From Alphaproteobacteria bacterium (lineage in GTDB: Bacteria; Pseudomonadota; Alphaproteobacteria; SP197), in NCBI GenBank assembly GCA_028277285.1, contig JANQGO010000162.1, forward strand, positions 1 to 60,950: a DNA stretch of 60,950 nt, written 5' to 3'. The notes under the pieces are model-generated. The model worked only from the letters and a program-made list of their open reading frames with translations, had not been told where the DNA came from and did not search any database. Positions 44,181-52,454 of this stretch are shown here, piece after piece; position 1 is the stretch's first letter; every line of letters starts with the position of its first letter. Position numbers and translations under genes: made by a program.

Positions 44181-45702
44181 CTGCTGTTTGGCATAGTCGG
44201 TTTTCGGTCGGAAGTGCCCAGCACTGACTGTGGCCAACGAATAGAGCTGGCCATGATTGGCCTTCGTGTTTATGTGTGCATAGTATTGTTTGTTCTAGAC
44301 CAATAGTGTTCAACTAATGGTTGCCATTCTTGTAAGAGGGGCTAAGACTGTAGTTGCTCAAAAGTCCTCTACTGTAGGTGTAGCAGAGCCAATATCCTGA
44401 ATGCCTATGCGCTCGGCAATCACAGCTAGACTGGATCACTAGGTTGGCCAGCCGGAAACACGACCTTCTATTCTGCGACAAAGACCTAAGTATGCTCATC
44501 CGCAGCTACGAACCTGCCATTCGGAGCGAAGTTGACGGATGGGAGCGAAATCGAGTCTTGTCTTCTAGTGAACCTGACTTGATCGCTTACTTGGTAGACA
44601 AGTACACGCTTGATCCTCCTCGGCTGCACCGGGACCAAATACACATCGAGGATGAAGGGGAGCGGAAGATCGACGTAAGTGGTCGATTCGACTACGGTGC
44701 AGCTTACGGAGATGGCGGGCCACATTTCGTGCCCGGATCTTACGTTACCGTCGCCGTTCCTTTTGAAGGCGACCCAGACTTATTCGAGTTTCGAGCCTCA
44801 ACATACACCCTCAATCCACCTCGCGGTCGAATCTCCGCTCCACATTTGCTTATCTCGTTTTCCGACGTGAAGCTTGAACCTGAACGCTTAACTCAAGAGA
44901 TTGACCGCAATCTAGACAGCATTGAACAGCATCTAGGATGGATCACTAGCGACTGTGAACAGTGGAACAGTCGTGTCGAGAACATCGCTCGTCAGTGCTT
45001 AGACACTCGCAAGGGTCGCCTTCTAGAACAAGCTGACATGGTTAGCGCCCTTGGAATCCCGATTAGGAAACGGGCCGATAGTCCCGGTAGCGTGTCGATT
45101 CCCGTTAGTCGAAAAAAACGTCCAATCGAACTACCAAGTGTACCAACTGAAGCGTTCAAGCCCGAGCCTGCGCTTCCCAATGAAGACTACGATTTCATTC
45201 TCGATGTCATCGACCGATTGGCTCTTTCAATTGAACGAAGCCCAAGCACGTTCGTTCACATGAACGAAGAACAGATCCGCGACTTCATACTCGTAAGCCT
45301 AAATGGCCACTACGAAGGAGATGCCACCGGAGAAACGTTCAATTCTGAAGGAAAAACTGACATTCTGATTCGGGCAAATGGCAAAAACGCATTCATCGCA
45401 GAGTGCAAGATTTGGCAAGGGCCGCGAGCATTCCATTCAGCAATTGATCAAGTGCTCGGATACCTAACCTGGAGGGACACCAAGGCGGCAGTGGTGGTGT
45501 TCAGCAAGAACGCAGATTTCACCAATGTACTGACGAGCATCGCGTCAACCGTTCCTGAACACACGCATTTCAAGCAAGAACTTCGCAGGATTAGCGATAC
45601 GCACGTTCGTTACTTGTTTCGCCAGAAAGCGGACCCGGCCAGAGATCTATACTTAGCAGTACAGGTCTTCAACATACCGCGACCAAGCGCCAGTTAGGAC
45701 GT
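44181..45702. mobile_element. AT-richer insertion (islet) without mobility genes, bounded by the duplicated gene 3' end
   Basis: Spot-counted lines give ~45-50% GC against ~68% in the flanking gene. The repeat period is 1671 bp. It carries a single ORF, and no integrase or transposase ORF appears in any frame. Confidence 0.6.
44444..45697 (+). CDS. hypothetical protein with C-terminal PD-(D/E)xK-type nuclease motif (candidate defence/nuclease protein)
   Basis: 417 aa from the TTG at 44444 (ATG 44492 is an alternative). The C-terminus reads EEQIRDFILVSLNGHYEGDATGETFNSEGKTDILIRANGKNAFIAECKIWQGPRAFHSAIDQVLGYLTWRD. D306, E320-x-K322 and a following Q-helix fit the restriction-endonuclease-like core. 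I did not recognise the N-terminal ~280 aa. Confidence 0.7.
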   Translation: MASRKHDLLFCDKDLSMLIRSYEPAIRSEVDGWERNRVLSSSEPDLIAYLVDKYTLDPPRLHRDQIHIEDEGERKIDVSGRFDYGAAYGDGGPHFVPGSYVTVAVPFEGDPDLFEFRASTYTLNPPRGRISAPHLLISFSDVKLEPERLTQEIDRNLDSIEQHLGWITSDCEQWNSRVENIARQCLDTRKGRLLEQADMVSALGIPIRKRADSPGSVSIPVSRKKRPIELPSVPTEAFKPEPALPNEDYDFILDVIDRLALSIERSPSTFVHMNEEQIRDFILVSLNGHYEGDATGETFNSEGKTDILIRANGKNAFIAECKIWQGPRAFHSAIDQVLGYLTWRDTKAAVVVFSKNADFTNVLTSIASTVPEHTHFKQELRRISDTHVRYLFRQKADPARDLYLAVQVFNIPRPSAS

Positions 45703-45851
45703 CTAACTGCTTCGACGACACTAACGCCCGGCCATTCAATCTCAGCAGCGAGTGCTGGGACATCTACAGCAAGAGCCGCTGGTCGGAGTTCCACGAGTTC
45801 AACGACCACATCTCCGCGCTCGAATACGACCGCTTCCTGCGATTGGTGTGA
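45703..45851 (+). pseudogene. orphan 3' fragment of a glutamine-synthetase-like gene (right copy of the direct repeat)
   Basis: In frame it reads ..CFDDTNARPFNLSSECWDIYSKSRWSEFHEFNDHISALEYDRFLRLV*. The intact gene has ..AFDDAKILPDYFGAEYWDIYSKIRWSEFHEFNDHISALEYDRFLRLV*. It has no start and no upstream GS sequence. Confidence 0.85.
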
Positions 45852-45858
45852 ATCTGCT

Positions 45859-46470
45859 CTAGCGTGTCGCAATCGCGACGCCGGAGCCGATCAGCACCGT
45901 GCCCGTCACCTGCTGCAGGCGCCGCATGGCCTTTGCCGACGCCATGAAGCGGCGCGCCCGGTCGACCAGCAGGACCGCGGCGCCATAGATCAGGTAAGAA
46001 ACCCCGGCGACCACCGCGGCCAGGACGACGAAATCGCCGGCGCCGACTTGAGTGATGTCAATGAAGGTCGGCAAGAGCGCGCCGAAGAACAGGATGGCCT
46101 TCGGGTTGCCCAGCGTGGCCAGCATGCCCATCGCCAGGTCGCGCCACAGGACGCCGCGTGTTTGCGTACCCACCGCATAGGCGCCTTCCTTGCCAATGAT
46201 GGCGCGGTAGCCGCGCCAAATCAGGTAAGCGGCGCCGGCATACTTCACGACCTCGAACAGCGGTCCCATGGTCGCCGCGATCGCCAGCAGGCCGACGAAG
46301 GCAATGCCGAGGAAAACGATGTCGGCCAAGGCAAGGCCGGTGATGACCGCAACGCCCGCCTTGGGGCCGCCACCCAGCGTGCGCGAGACGACAATCGCCA
46401 GCCCCGGGCCGGGCAAGAGCGTCCACAAGAACATGCTGACGGCAAAGATGACGAGGTCGTCAAAGTGCAT
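45859..46470 (-). CDS. LysE/RhtB family amino-acid translocator
   Basis: 203 aa and about 6 TMS. The N-terminal pattern FLWTLLPGPGLAIVVSRTL.GG is typical of LysE-family exporters. Confidence 0.85.
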   Translation of the reverse strand: MHFDDLVIFAVSMFLWTLLPGPGLAIVVSRTLGGGPKAGVAVITGLALADIVFLGIAFVGLLAIAATMGPLFEVVKYAGAAYLIWRGYRAIIGKEGAYAVGTQTRGVLWRDLAMGMLATLGNPKAILFFGALLPTFIDITQVGAGDFVVLAAVVAGVSYLIYGAAVLLVDRARRFMASAKAMRRLQQVTGTVLIGSGVAIATR

Positions 46471-46638
46471 AGCGCCGTGTCTCCGTTAGGACCGTCATGC
46501 CGATCGCAGGCAAGTTTGTCCATAGGAAAGGGTCTGTTACGGTGTTGCGGATGATCGCGGCGGTCGGATCAAATAGCGGACACCGGAACCGACCGCGAGA
46601 CTGGCGCGCGCTGGGCCGCCAGGTGGAGGCTTGGGGCG

Positions 46639-47412
46639 ATGGGGTCAGATCCGGGTATCGATATCGCGTGGTTCGTGGCGCTTTTCGCCGCCATCCCGGT
46701 CGTGACGGCAATCGTGTTGCAGTGGCTCAGTCAACACTCGCCGCTCACCCCGGCACTGGCGTCCTACAGAGGCGTGGTCGCACCGTTCTTTGTCTCGGTC
46801 GCGCTCTTGTTTGGCCTGTTCGCCACGTTCCTGGCGGCCGAGATCTGGGAACGGGTCAACGACAGCAGCCACAGCCTGGAGCACGAAATCGGTGCCATAA
46901 GGACCATTAGTCAAATCGCCGACGCGCTCGGCGAGCCGGGCTACCCCATCGCCAACGCCGTGGCCGAATACACCTCGGTCGTCATCGACGAAGAACAGAA
47001 CATTACGTCGGGCATCCGATCGGCGGCCGCGGAGGCCGCGCTGCGCAAACTGATGCAGGGCATTCTCGCGCTCGAGGGTGCCGAGCCACAGCATGACGCG
47101 GCCTTGAACGCGCTGTTGACGTCGTTCCGCGATCTGCGTCAAGCCAGGGCGACACGTATCCACATCGCGGCGACCCACAGCGATCCCTACAAGTGGATTA
47201 CGGTGATTGTCCTGGGCATCGTGACCCAGATCGCGCTCGTCTTTTGTCACGTCGACAACCGCAAGGCCCAGGCGGCCGCGCTTGCCATTTTCACGTTGGG
47301 CTTTGTCGTGACCCTGATTGCGCTCGGCATCCACGAACGCCCGCTGACCGATCCGCAGCTCACCGAAATGAGTTTCCTCTATCACGGGGGTACAACGAAC
47401 CAGTCACCCTGA
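46639..47412 (+). CDS. membrane protein, DUF4239-like
   Basis: 257 aa. It has two N-terminal TMS, a central soluble helical region (EIWERVNDSSHSLEHEIGAIRTI) and two C-terminal TMS. The family assignment is from memory only. Confidence 0.5.
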   Translation: MGSDPGIDIAWFVALFAAIPVVTAIVLQWLSQHSPLTPALASYRGVVAPFFVSVALLFGLFATFLAAEIWERVNDSSHSLEHEIGAIRTISQIADALGEPGYPIANAVAEYTSVVIDEEQNITSGIRSAAAEAALRKLMQGILALEGAEPQHDAALNALLTSFRDLRQARATRIHIAATHSDPYKWITVIVLGIVTQIALVFCHVDNRKAQAAALAIFTLGFVVTLIALGIHERPLTDPQLTEMSFLYHGGTTNQSP

Positions 47413-47420
47413 CGCCGCCA

Positions 47421-48731
47421 TCATGATGGCGAGGTCGAGACCTCCTTCGCTTCGTCGGCCGCCAGAACCCTGCCGGCGAGATAGAGCGATCCGCAAAGCA
47501 GGATGCGCGAGGGACCGTCTTGAGCGAGGTCCCTGATCGCGTCCTCGATACCGGTGCCGATACGGGCGTCGATCCCGACATAGTTCAAGATGTCGGCCGC
47601 CTCTTCGCCGGGCAGCGTGTTCTTTTCGCCGGGTATGGAGAGGCAGACGGCACGGCGCACGAAGGGCGCCAGAGGCCGCGCGAAACCGGCGGGGTCCTTG
47701 GTGATCATCATGCCGACGACAAGATCCAGCGGACGGTCGCCCCAGTGCCGGCAAACATCCGCCAGCGCCTGGCCGGCGGACGGATTATGGCCGCCGTCGA
47801 GCCACAGCTCGACACCGGGTCCGGCAAGCGTCGCCAGATACCCGCCCGGAAGCTGTTGCAGGCGGGCCGGCCATTCGACATCGCGCAGACCAATCGCCAC
47901 GTCGTCCTGACTGACGCTGAAGCCTTTGAGGTGTCGCAGGCACGCGATAGCGGTTGCCCCGTTGTCGACCTGGTGTGTGCCCGGCAACCGGGGAAGCGGC
48001 AGGGACCAGGTCGCTGAGGCATCGCGGTAGACGAGCTCGTCTCCATGCGTCTGCACAAAGAAATCGCGGTCGCGGACGATCGTCGGCGACCCAAGGTCGC
48101 CTGCCCGATCCTCCATCACCGCGAGCGCGGCAGCCGGCTGTGGACCGATGACCAGCGGCACGCCGGGTTTGATGATGCCGGCTTTCTCCCCGGCGATCGC
48201 TTCGATCGTGTCGCCCAGGAAGTGCTGGTGATCCAACCCGATCGGCGTGATCGCGGTCAGCAGCGGTTGATCGATGACGTTCGTCGCATCAAGCCGGCCG
48301 CCCAGGCCGGTTTCCAACAGCACGATATCCGCGGGCTCGCGGGAAAACGCGAGAAAGGCGGCGGCCGTCGTGATCTCGAAGAATGTGATGGGCTCGCCGC
48401 CGTTTGCCCGTTCGCACTCGTCCAACAGGTCGGCCAGGTCCGGCTCGTCGATGGCCTTGCCATTGATTTCGATACGTTCATGAAAACGGACCAGATGGGG
48501 CGAGGTGTAGACGTGGACACGATAACCGGCGGCGATCAGGGCGCGGCGCATATAGGCGATCAGCGAGCCCTTGCCGTTGGTGCCGGCGACGTGAAACACC
48601 GGCGGCAGTTTGCGATGCGGGTTGCCGAGTGCGTCGAGCACCCGGTAGAGCCGGTCCAGCGAAAGGTCGATCAGCTTGGGATGGAGCTCAAGCAGCCGAT
48701 CGAGCAGGACGTCACTGGTCGGCTTGGACAC
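47421..48731 (-). CDS. folC: bifunctional folylpolyglutamate synthase / dihydrofolate synthase
   Basis: 436 aa with the Mur-ligase P-loop HVAGTNGKGS and ..LETGLGGRLDATNV.. It overlaps the accD end, consistent with accD-folC synteny. Confidence 0.93.
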   Translation of the reverse strand: MSKPTSDVLLDRLLELHPKLIDLSLDRLYRVLDALGNPHRKLPPVFHVAGTNGKGSLIAYMRRALIAAGYRVHVYTSPHLVRFHERIEINGKAIDEPDLADLLDECERANGGEPITFFEITTAAAFLAFSREPADIVLLETGLGGRLDATNVIDQPLLTAITPIGLDHQHFLGDTIEAIAGEKAGIIKPGVPLVIGPQPAAALAVMEDRAGDLGSPTIVRDRDFFVQTHGDELVYRDASATWSLPLPRLPGTHQVDNGATAIACLRHLKGFSVSQDDVAIGLRDVEWPARLQQLPGGYLATLAGPGVELWLDGGHNPSAGQALADVCRHWGDRPLDLVVGMMITKDPAGFARPLAPFVRRAVCLSIPGEKNTLPGEEAADILNYVGIDARIGTGIEDAIRDLAQDGPSRILLCGSLYLAGRVLAADEAKEVSTSPS

Positions 48732-49641
48732 GCGTGCCGGACCCTTCTTCGGGATCGTTGGCGGGACTGGGCAGGGCCGGCGCCGGCTCGCCGCGCCCGG
48801 CCATCAGGAGCCGTAGCACGGCCGCCAAACGGTCGCGCATCTCCGCGCGCGGCACGACCATATCCAGCATGCCGTGGTCCAGCAGGTATTCCGCGCGCTG
48901 GAAACCTTCCGGCAGGGTTTCGCGGATGGTTTCTTCGATCACGCGCTGTCCGGCAAAGCCGATAATGGCGCCGGGTTCGGAGATCGCGATGTCGCCGATC
49001 ATGGCGAAAGATGCGGTAACGCCACCCGTCGTCGGGTTGGTCAGCACCGCGATGTACGGCAACCGCGCTTCCTTCAATTCCGAGATGGCGGCGGTCGTGC
49101 GCGCCATCTGCATCAGCGACAGAATGCCTTCCTGCATGCGCGCGCCGCCGGATGCGGTGAAAATGATGTACGGGCTTTCCTGCAGGATCGCCAGGCGCGC
49201 GCCGGCGACCACCGCCTCGCCGACGGCGGCCCCCATGGAACCGCCCATGAAGTCGAAGTTGAAGACGGCACTGACCGCGTGAATACCGTCAATCTCGCCG
49301 TGGGCGACGATAATCGCGTCCTTCTCGCCGGTCTTCGACTGCGCCTCGCGCAGGCGTTCGGAGTAACGCTTGCGGTCGCGAAAACGCAAGGGATCGGCCG
49401 CGACCTCGGGCAGTTCGATGCGGGTGTATTCGCCGTTGTCGTAGAGATTGGCGAGGCGCGCCTGGGGCTCGATGCGCATGTGGAATCCGCAATGGGGGCA
49501 GACATGCATCGCCGCTTCGAGGTCGCGGTGAAACACCATCTGCTCACACTGCGGGCACTTGTCCCACAGGTTCTCCGGCGTGTCCGCCTTGCGGACGAGA
49601 TCGCGGATCTTCGGCAGCGACAGGTTCGATAGCCAACTCAT
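48712..49641 (-). CDS. accD: acetyl-CoA carboxylase carboxyltransferase subunit beta
   Basis: Trimmed to [12 protein letters not shown].. It has the Zn ribbon [13 protein letters not shown]...CPHCGFH and the carboxyltransferase core GGSMG...SGGARMQEG. Confidence 0.95.
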   Translation of the reverse strand: MSWLSNLSLPKIRDLVRKADTPENLWDKCPQCEQMVFHRDLEAAMHVCPHCGFHMRIEPQARLANLYDNGEYTRIELPEVAADPLRFRDRKRYSERLREAQSKTGEKDAIIVAHGEIDGIHAVSAVFNFDFMGGSMGAAVGEAVVAGARLAILQESPYIIFTASGGARMQEGILSLMQMARTTAAISELKEARLPYIAVLTNPTTGGVTASFAMIGDIAISEPGAIIGFAGQRVIEETIRETLPEGFQRAEYLLDHGMLDMVVPRAEMRDRLAAVLRLLMAGRGEPAPALPSPANDPEEGSGTRVQADQ

Positions 49642-50477
49642 GACCGCGCCTCCCGGACGCCCTTGGCCAATGCGCGCGTCAGATCGAGAACGCCGTCGAC
49701 GCAAGCCTGGGATGGCGACCCGTCCGCCGTAAAGCCGTCCGCCACTTCCTGGCAGAAGGCACTGCCGACCACGGCAGCATCGGCAACACGCGCGACATCA
49801 GCGGCATCGTCCGGCGTCTTGATGCCGAACCCGACGGCAACCGGCAGGTCGGTGTGGCGTTTCAGCCGTTCGACAGCCGCCTTGGTATCGGCGGTCGCCG
49901 CCCCCGCCGCGCCGGTGATGCCGGCGATGGCGACGTAATAGACGAATCCGGAGGTGTTCATCAGCACCTGGGGCAGACGTTTGTCATCGGTCGTCGGCGT
50001 CGCCAGGCGGATCCAGTTGAGACCGGCGTCGAGAGCGGGCAGGCACAGCTCCCCATCCTCTTCCGGCGGCAGATCGACGATGATCAGCGCGTCGACCCCG
50101 GCGTCGCGGGCGTCCTTCAGGAACGCTTCGTTGCCGTAGCTGTAGATGGGGTTGTAGTAGCCCATCAAAACGACCGGCGTCGCGTCGTCGCGCTCGCGCA
50201 GTTCGCGCACCAGGGCAAGCGTCTTCTTCAGCGTCGTCCCCGCCTTCAGCGAACGCTGGCCCGCGGTCTGGATGGTCGGGCCGTCAGCCATGGGATCGGT
50301 GAACGGCATGCCGAACTCGATGAAATCGGCGCCGGCCTCGGGCAGGCCCAGCAGGATCTCCCGCGACAGCTCGTAGTTCGGGTCGCCCGCCATGACATAG
50401 GTCACCAGGCCGGCGCGTCCCTCCTCGGCCAGCGCGGCGAAACGAGCGTCGATGCGCCCCGCGCCGTTGGCGCTCAT
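49638..50477 (-). CDS. trpA: tryptophan synthase alpha chain
   Basis: Trimmed to [13 protein letters not shown].. It reads ..[22 protein letters not shown].. and ..[13 protein letters not shown].. It has ATGA overlaps on both sides. Confidence 0.95.
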   Translation of the reverse strand: MSANGAGRIDARFAALAEEGRAGLVTYVMAGDPNYELSREILLGLPEAGADFIEFGMPFTDPMADGPTIQTAGQRSLKAGTTLKKTLALVRELRERDDATPVVLMGYYNPIYSYGNEAFLKDARDAGVDALIIVDLPPEEDGELCLPALDAGLNWIRLATPTTDDKRLPQVLMNTSGFVYYVAIAGITGAAGAATADTKAAVERLKRHTDLPVAVGFGIKTPDDAADVARVADAAVVGSAFCQEVADGFTADGSPSQACVDGVLDLTRALAKGVREARS

Positions 50478-51688
50478 AGCTTCACCCCCAGCACATCGGC
50501 GACGGCGAAGACGTCCTTGTCGCCGCGCCCGCACATGTTCATGACGATCAGGTGGTCACTGGGCAGGTCCGGCGCGATTTTCATGACATGGGCCAGTGCG
50601 TGGGACGGCTCCAGCGCCGGGATGATGCCTTCCAGGCTACAACAGAGCTGAAACGCCTCCAGCGCCTCGTCGTCGGTCGCCGACACGTAATTGACCCGGC
50701 CGGCTTCGGCGAGCCAGGCGTGTTCCGGTCCGATGCCCGGATAGTCCAGGCCCGCCGAGATCGAGTGCGGCTCGATGATCTGTCCGTCGTCGTCCTGCAG
50801 CAGATAGGTGCGGTTGCCGTGCAGCACGCCGGGCCTGCCGCCGGTGATCGATGCCGCGTGCTCTCCGGTCTCCAGACCGTGACCCGCCGCCTCGACGCCG
50901 TAGATCGTGACATCCGTATCATCCAGGAACGGGTGGAACAGGCCCATGGCGTTCGACCCGCCGCCGATGCACGCGACCAGGGTGTCGGGACCGCGTCCTT
51001 CGGCCTCGATCATCTGTTCGCGCGTCTCCCGGCCGATGACCGACTGGAAATCGCGCACCAGTTCCGGATAGGGGTGCGGGCCGGCGACCGTGCCGATGAT
51101 GTAGAACGTCGTCTCCACGTTGGTGACCCAGTCGCGCAGGGCCTCGTTCAGCGCATCCTTCAACGTGTGCGAGCCGGACGTCACCGGAATGACCTCGGCA
51201 CCCAGCAGTTTCATGCGGAAGACGTTGGGCGCCTGGCGTTCGATGTCCTTGGCGCCCATGTAGACGACGCAAGGCAGGCCCACCTTGGCGCACACCGTCG
51301 CGGTGGCGACGCCGTGCTGGCCGGCGCCGGTCTCCGCGATGATGCGCCGCTTGCCCATGCGCTGGGCGAGCAGGATCTGGCCGACCGTGTTGTTGATCTT
51401 GTGCGAGCCCGTGTGATTGAGCTCGTCGCGCTTGAAGTAGATCTTGGCGCCGCCCAGATGCTCGGTCAGCCGCTCGGCAAAGTACATGGGGCTCGGACGC
51501 CCGACATAGTGCTTGGCCCAGTGATCGAGTTCGGCCTGAAAGCTGGGGTCGTTCTTGGCCTCGTTCCAGGCCTTCTCCAGGTCCAGAATCAGAGGCATCA
51601 GCGTTTCGGCCACATAGCGCCCGCCGAACATGCCGAAATGGCCCTGCTCGTCCGGTCCGCTACGGTACGTGTTCACCGGTTCCATCAT
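50474..51688 (-). CDS. trpB: tryptophan synthase beta chain
   Basis: Trimmed to [30 protein letters not shown] (AAGGA RBS). It has the PLP site [11 protein letters not shown] and GGGSNAMG. Confidence 0.96.
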   Translation of the reverse strand: MMEPVNTYRSGPDEQGHFGMFGGRYVAETLMPLILDLEKAWNEAKNDPSFQAELDHWAKHYVGRPSPMYFAERLTEHLGGAKIYFKRDELNHTGSHKINNTVGQILLAQRMGKRRIIAETGAGQHGVATATVCAKVGLPCVVYMGAKDIERQAPNVFRMKLLGAEVIPVTSGSHTLKDALNEALRDWVTNVETTFYIIGTVAGPHPYPELVRDFQSVIGRETREQMIEAEGRGPDTLVACIGGGSNAMGLFHPFLDDTDVTIYGVEAAGHGLETGEHAASITGGRPGVLHGNRTYLLQDDDGQIIEPHSISAGLDYPGIGPEHAWLAEAGRVNYVSATDDEALEAFQLCCSLEGIIPALEPSHALAHVMKIAPDLPSDHLIVMNMCGRGDKDVFAVADVLGVKL

Positions 51689-52013
51689 GTGTCCTTTTTG
51701 TTCAGGAGCCAGGAACATGCCGTTTTCCGCCCGCCTCTGCAACGCCAGAACGCCACATATGATCGCTGGCGGCACGCGTGTCCGCCATAAACGCGACAAC
51801 CCGTTTTTCGCCAGACGTTACGCAGATCGCATCCGACTGCTAATGCTCTGTTTTCAAACGACTTTACGCCTTCAACGCTGTCTTTTCGGCCACAAGTCTC
51901 CCCTCCGGTTAAGACTGATCGGAAGAAATTTTCGCGGCCCAGGGAAGAAAACCGCGACCGGCGCGTTGTCATGGCGGGAAGGGAGTTCATCAGAAACGAA
52001 AGGATGCATTGAG

Positions 52014-52391
52014 ATGACCAGAACTCGCCAAAAAGACACCGGCAACACAGAAGAGGTCTCGCTGGCACGCCGTACTGCCCTGCGACGCCTCGGACTGGCG
52101 CTGGCCGTCGGCTATGCCGCGCCAACCCTCATGACTCTCAGCGAGGCCCGCGCCAGCGGTGGTGGCTCTGGCGGCGGTGGCGGTGGTTCCGGCGGCGGCG
52201 GCGGTGGACGCGGCGGCAGTGGCGGCGGTTCCGGCGGCAGTGGTGGCGGCTCGGGCGGCGGCAGCGGTGGCGGCTCCCGAGGCGGATCCAAGGGTGGCAG
52301 CCGTGGCGGTTCGCGAGGCGGATCCAAGGGCGGCAGCCGTGGCGGTTCGCGAGGCGCCTCGCGCGGTACCAGCTACGGCCCCTCTCACTGA
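52014..52391 (+). CDS. secreted(?) Gly/Ser/Arg-repeat protein with twin-arginine-like signal/leader (candidate modified-peptide precursor)
   Basis: Inner part of track ORF 51630..52391, with the ATG at 52014 preceded by AAGGA. The translation is MTRTRQKDTGNTEEVSLARRTALRRLGLALAVGYAAPTLMTLSEARA / SGGGSGGGGGGSGG...GGSRGGSKGGSRGGSRGGSKGGSRGGSRGASRGTSYGPSH. The leader has an RR motif, a hydrophobic core and an A-x-A site. The remainder is low complexity. Confidence 0.6.
   Translation: MTRTRQKDTGNTEEVSLARRTALRRLGLALAVGYAAPTLMTLSEARASGGGSGGGGGGSGGGGGGRGGSGGGSGGSGGGSGGGSGGGSRGGSKGGSRGGSRGGSKGGSRGGSRGASRGTSYGPSH
52278..52349 (+). repeat. 36-bp in-frame tandem duplication (RGGSKGGSRGGS x2) within a longer GGN-rich repeat tract (about 52140-52380)
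   Basis: Unit 52278-52313 differs from unit 52314-52349 at 1 of 36 positions. Confidence 0.9.
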
Positions 52392-52414
52392 CGTCCAGCG
52401 ATCCCATGACAGGA

Positions 52415-52449
52415 GCCCGCCGGCCGGTCCTCAACCCCGGCCGGCGGGC
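52415..52449 (+). promoter_or_regulatory. perfect 13-bp GC-rich intercistronic stem-loop
   Basis: gcccgccggccgg (52415-52427) pairs with ccggccggcgggc (52437-52449) across a 9-nt loop. It lies 24 nt after the repeat-protein stop and 5 nt before the downstream ATG. There is no U-tract. Confidence 0.7.
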
Positions 52450-52454
52450 ACGTC

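Noticed and set aside
45669-45872. A 67-aa minus-strand ORF across the orphan GS 3' fragment.
   Set aside because: It is the antisense shadow of the duplicated gene end, and the same antisense ORF appears opposite the intact copy (43854..44237). It has no RBS or independent support.
52063-52078. A sigma-54 promoter-like TGGCAC-N-TGC string.
   Set aside because: The GG-to-GC spacing is one nt too long, and the string lies inside the coding region of the repeat-protein gene.
52112-52434. A possible CRISPR-like or non-coding repeat array, and P/E/A-rich ORFs on both strands across the GGN repeat tract.
   Set aside because: The repeats are in frame, have no spacers, and form part of the Gly/Ser/Arg protein, which has a good RBS and leader. 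The other-frame and other-strand ORFs (PPEPP.., AAVAA..) are by-products of the repeat. No cas genes are present.
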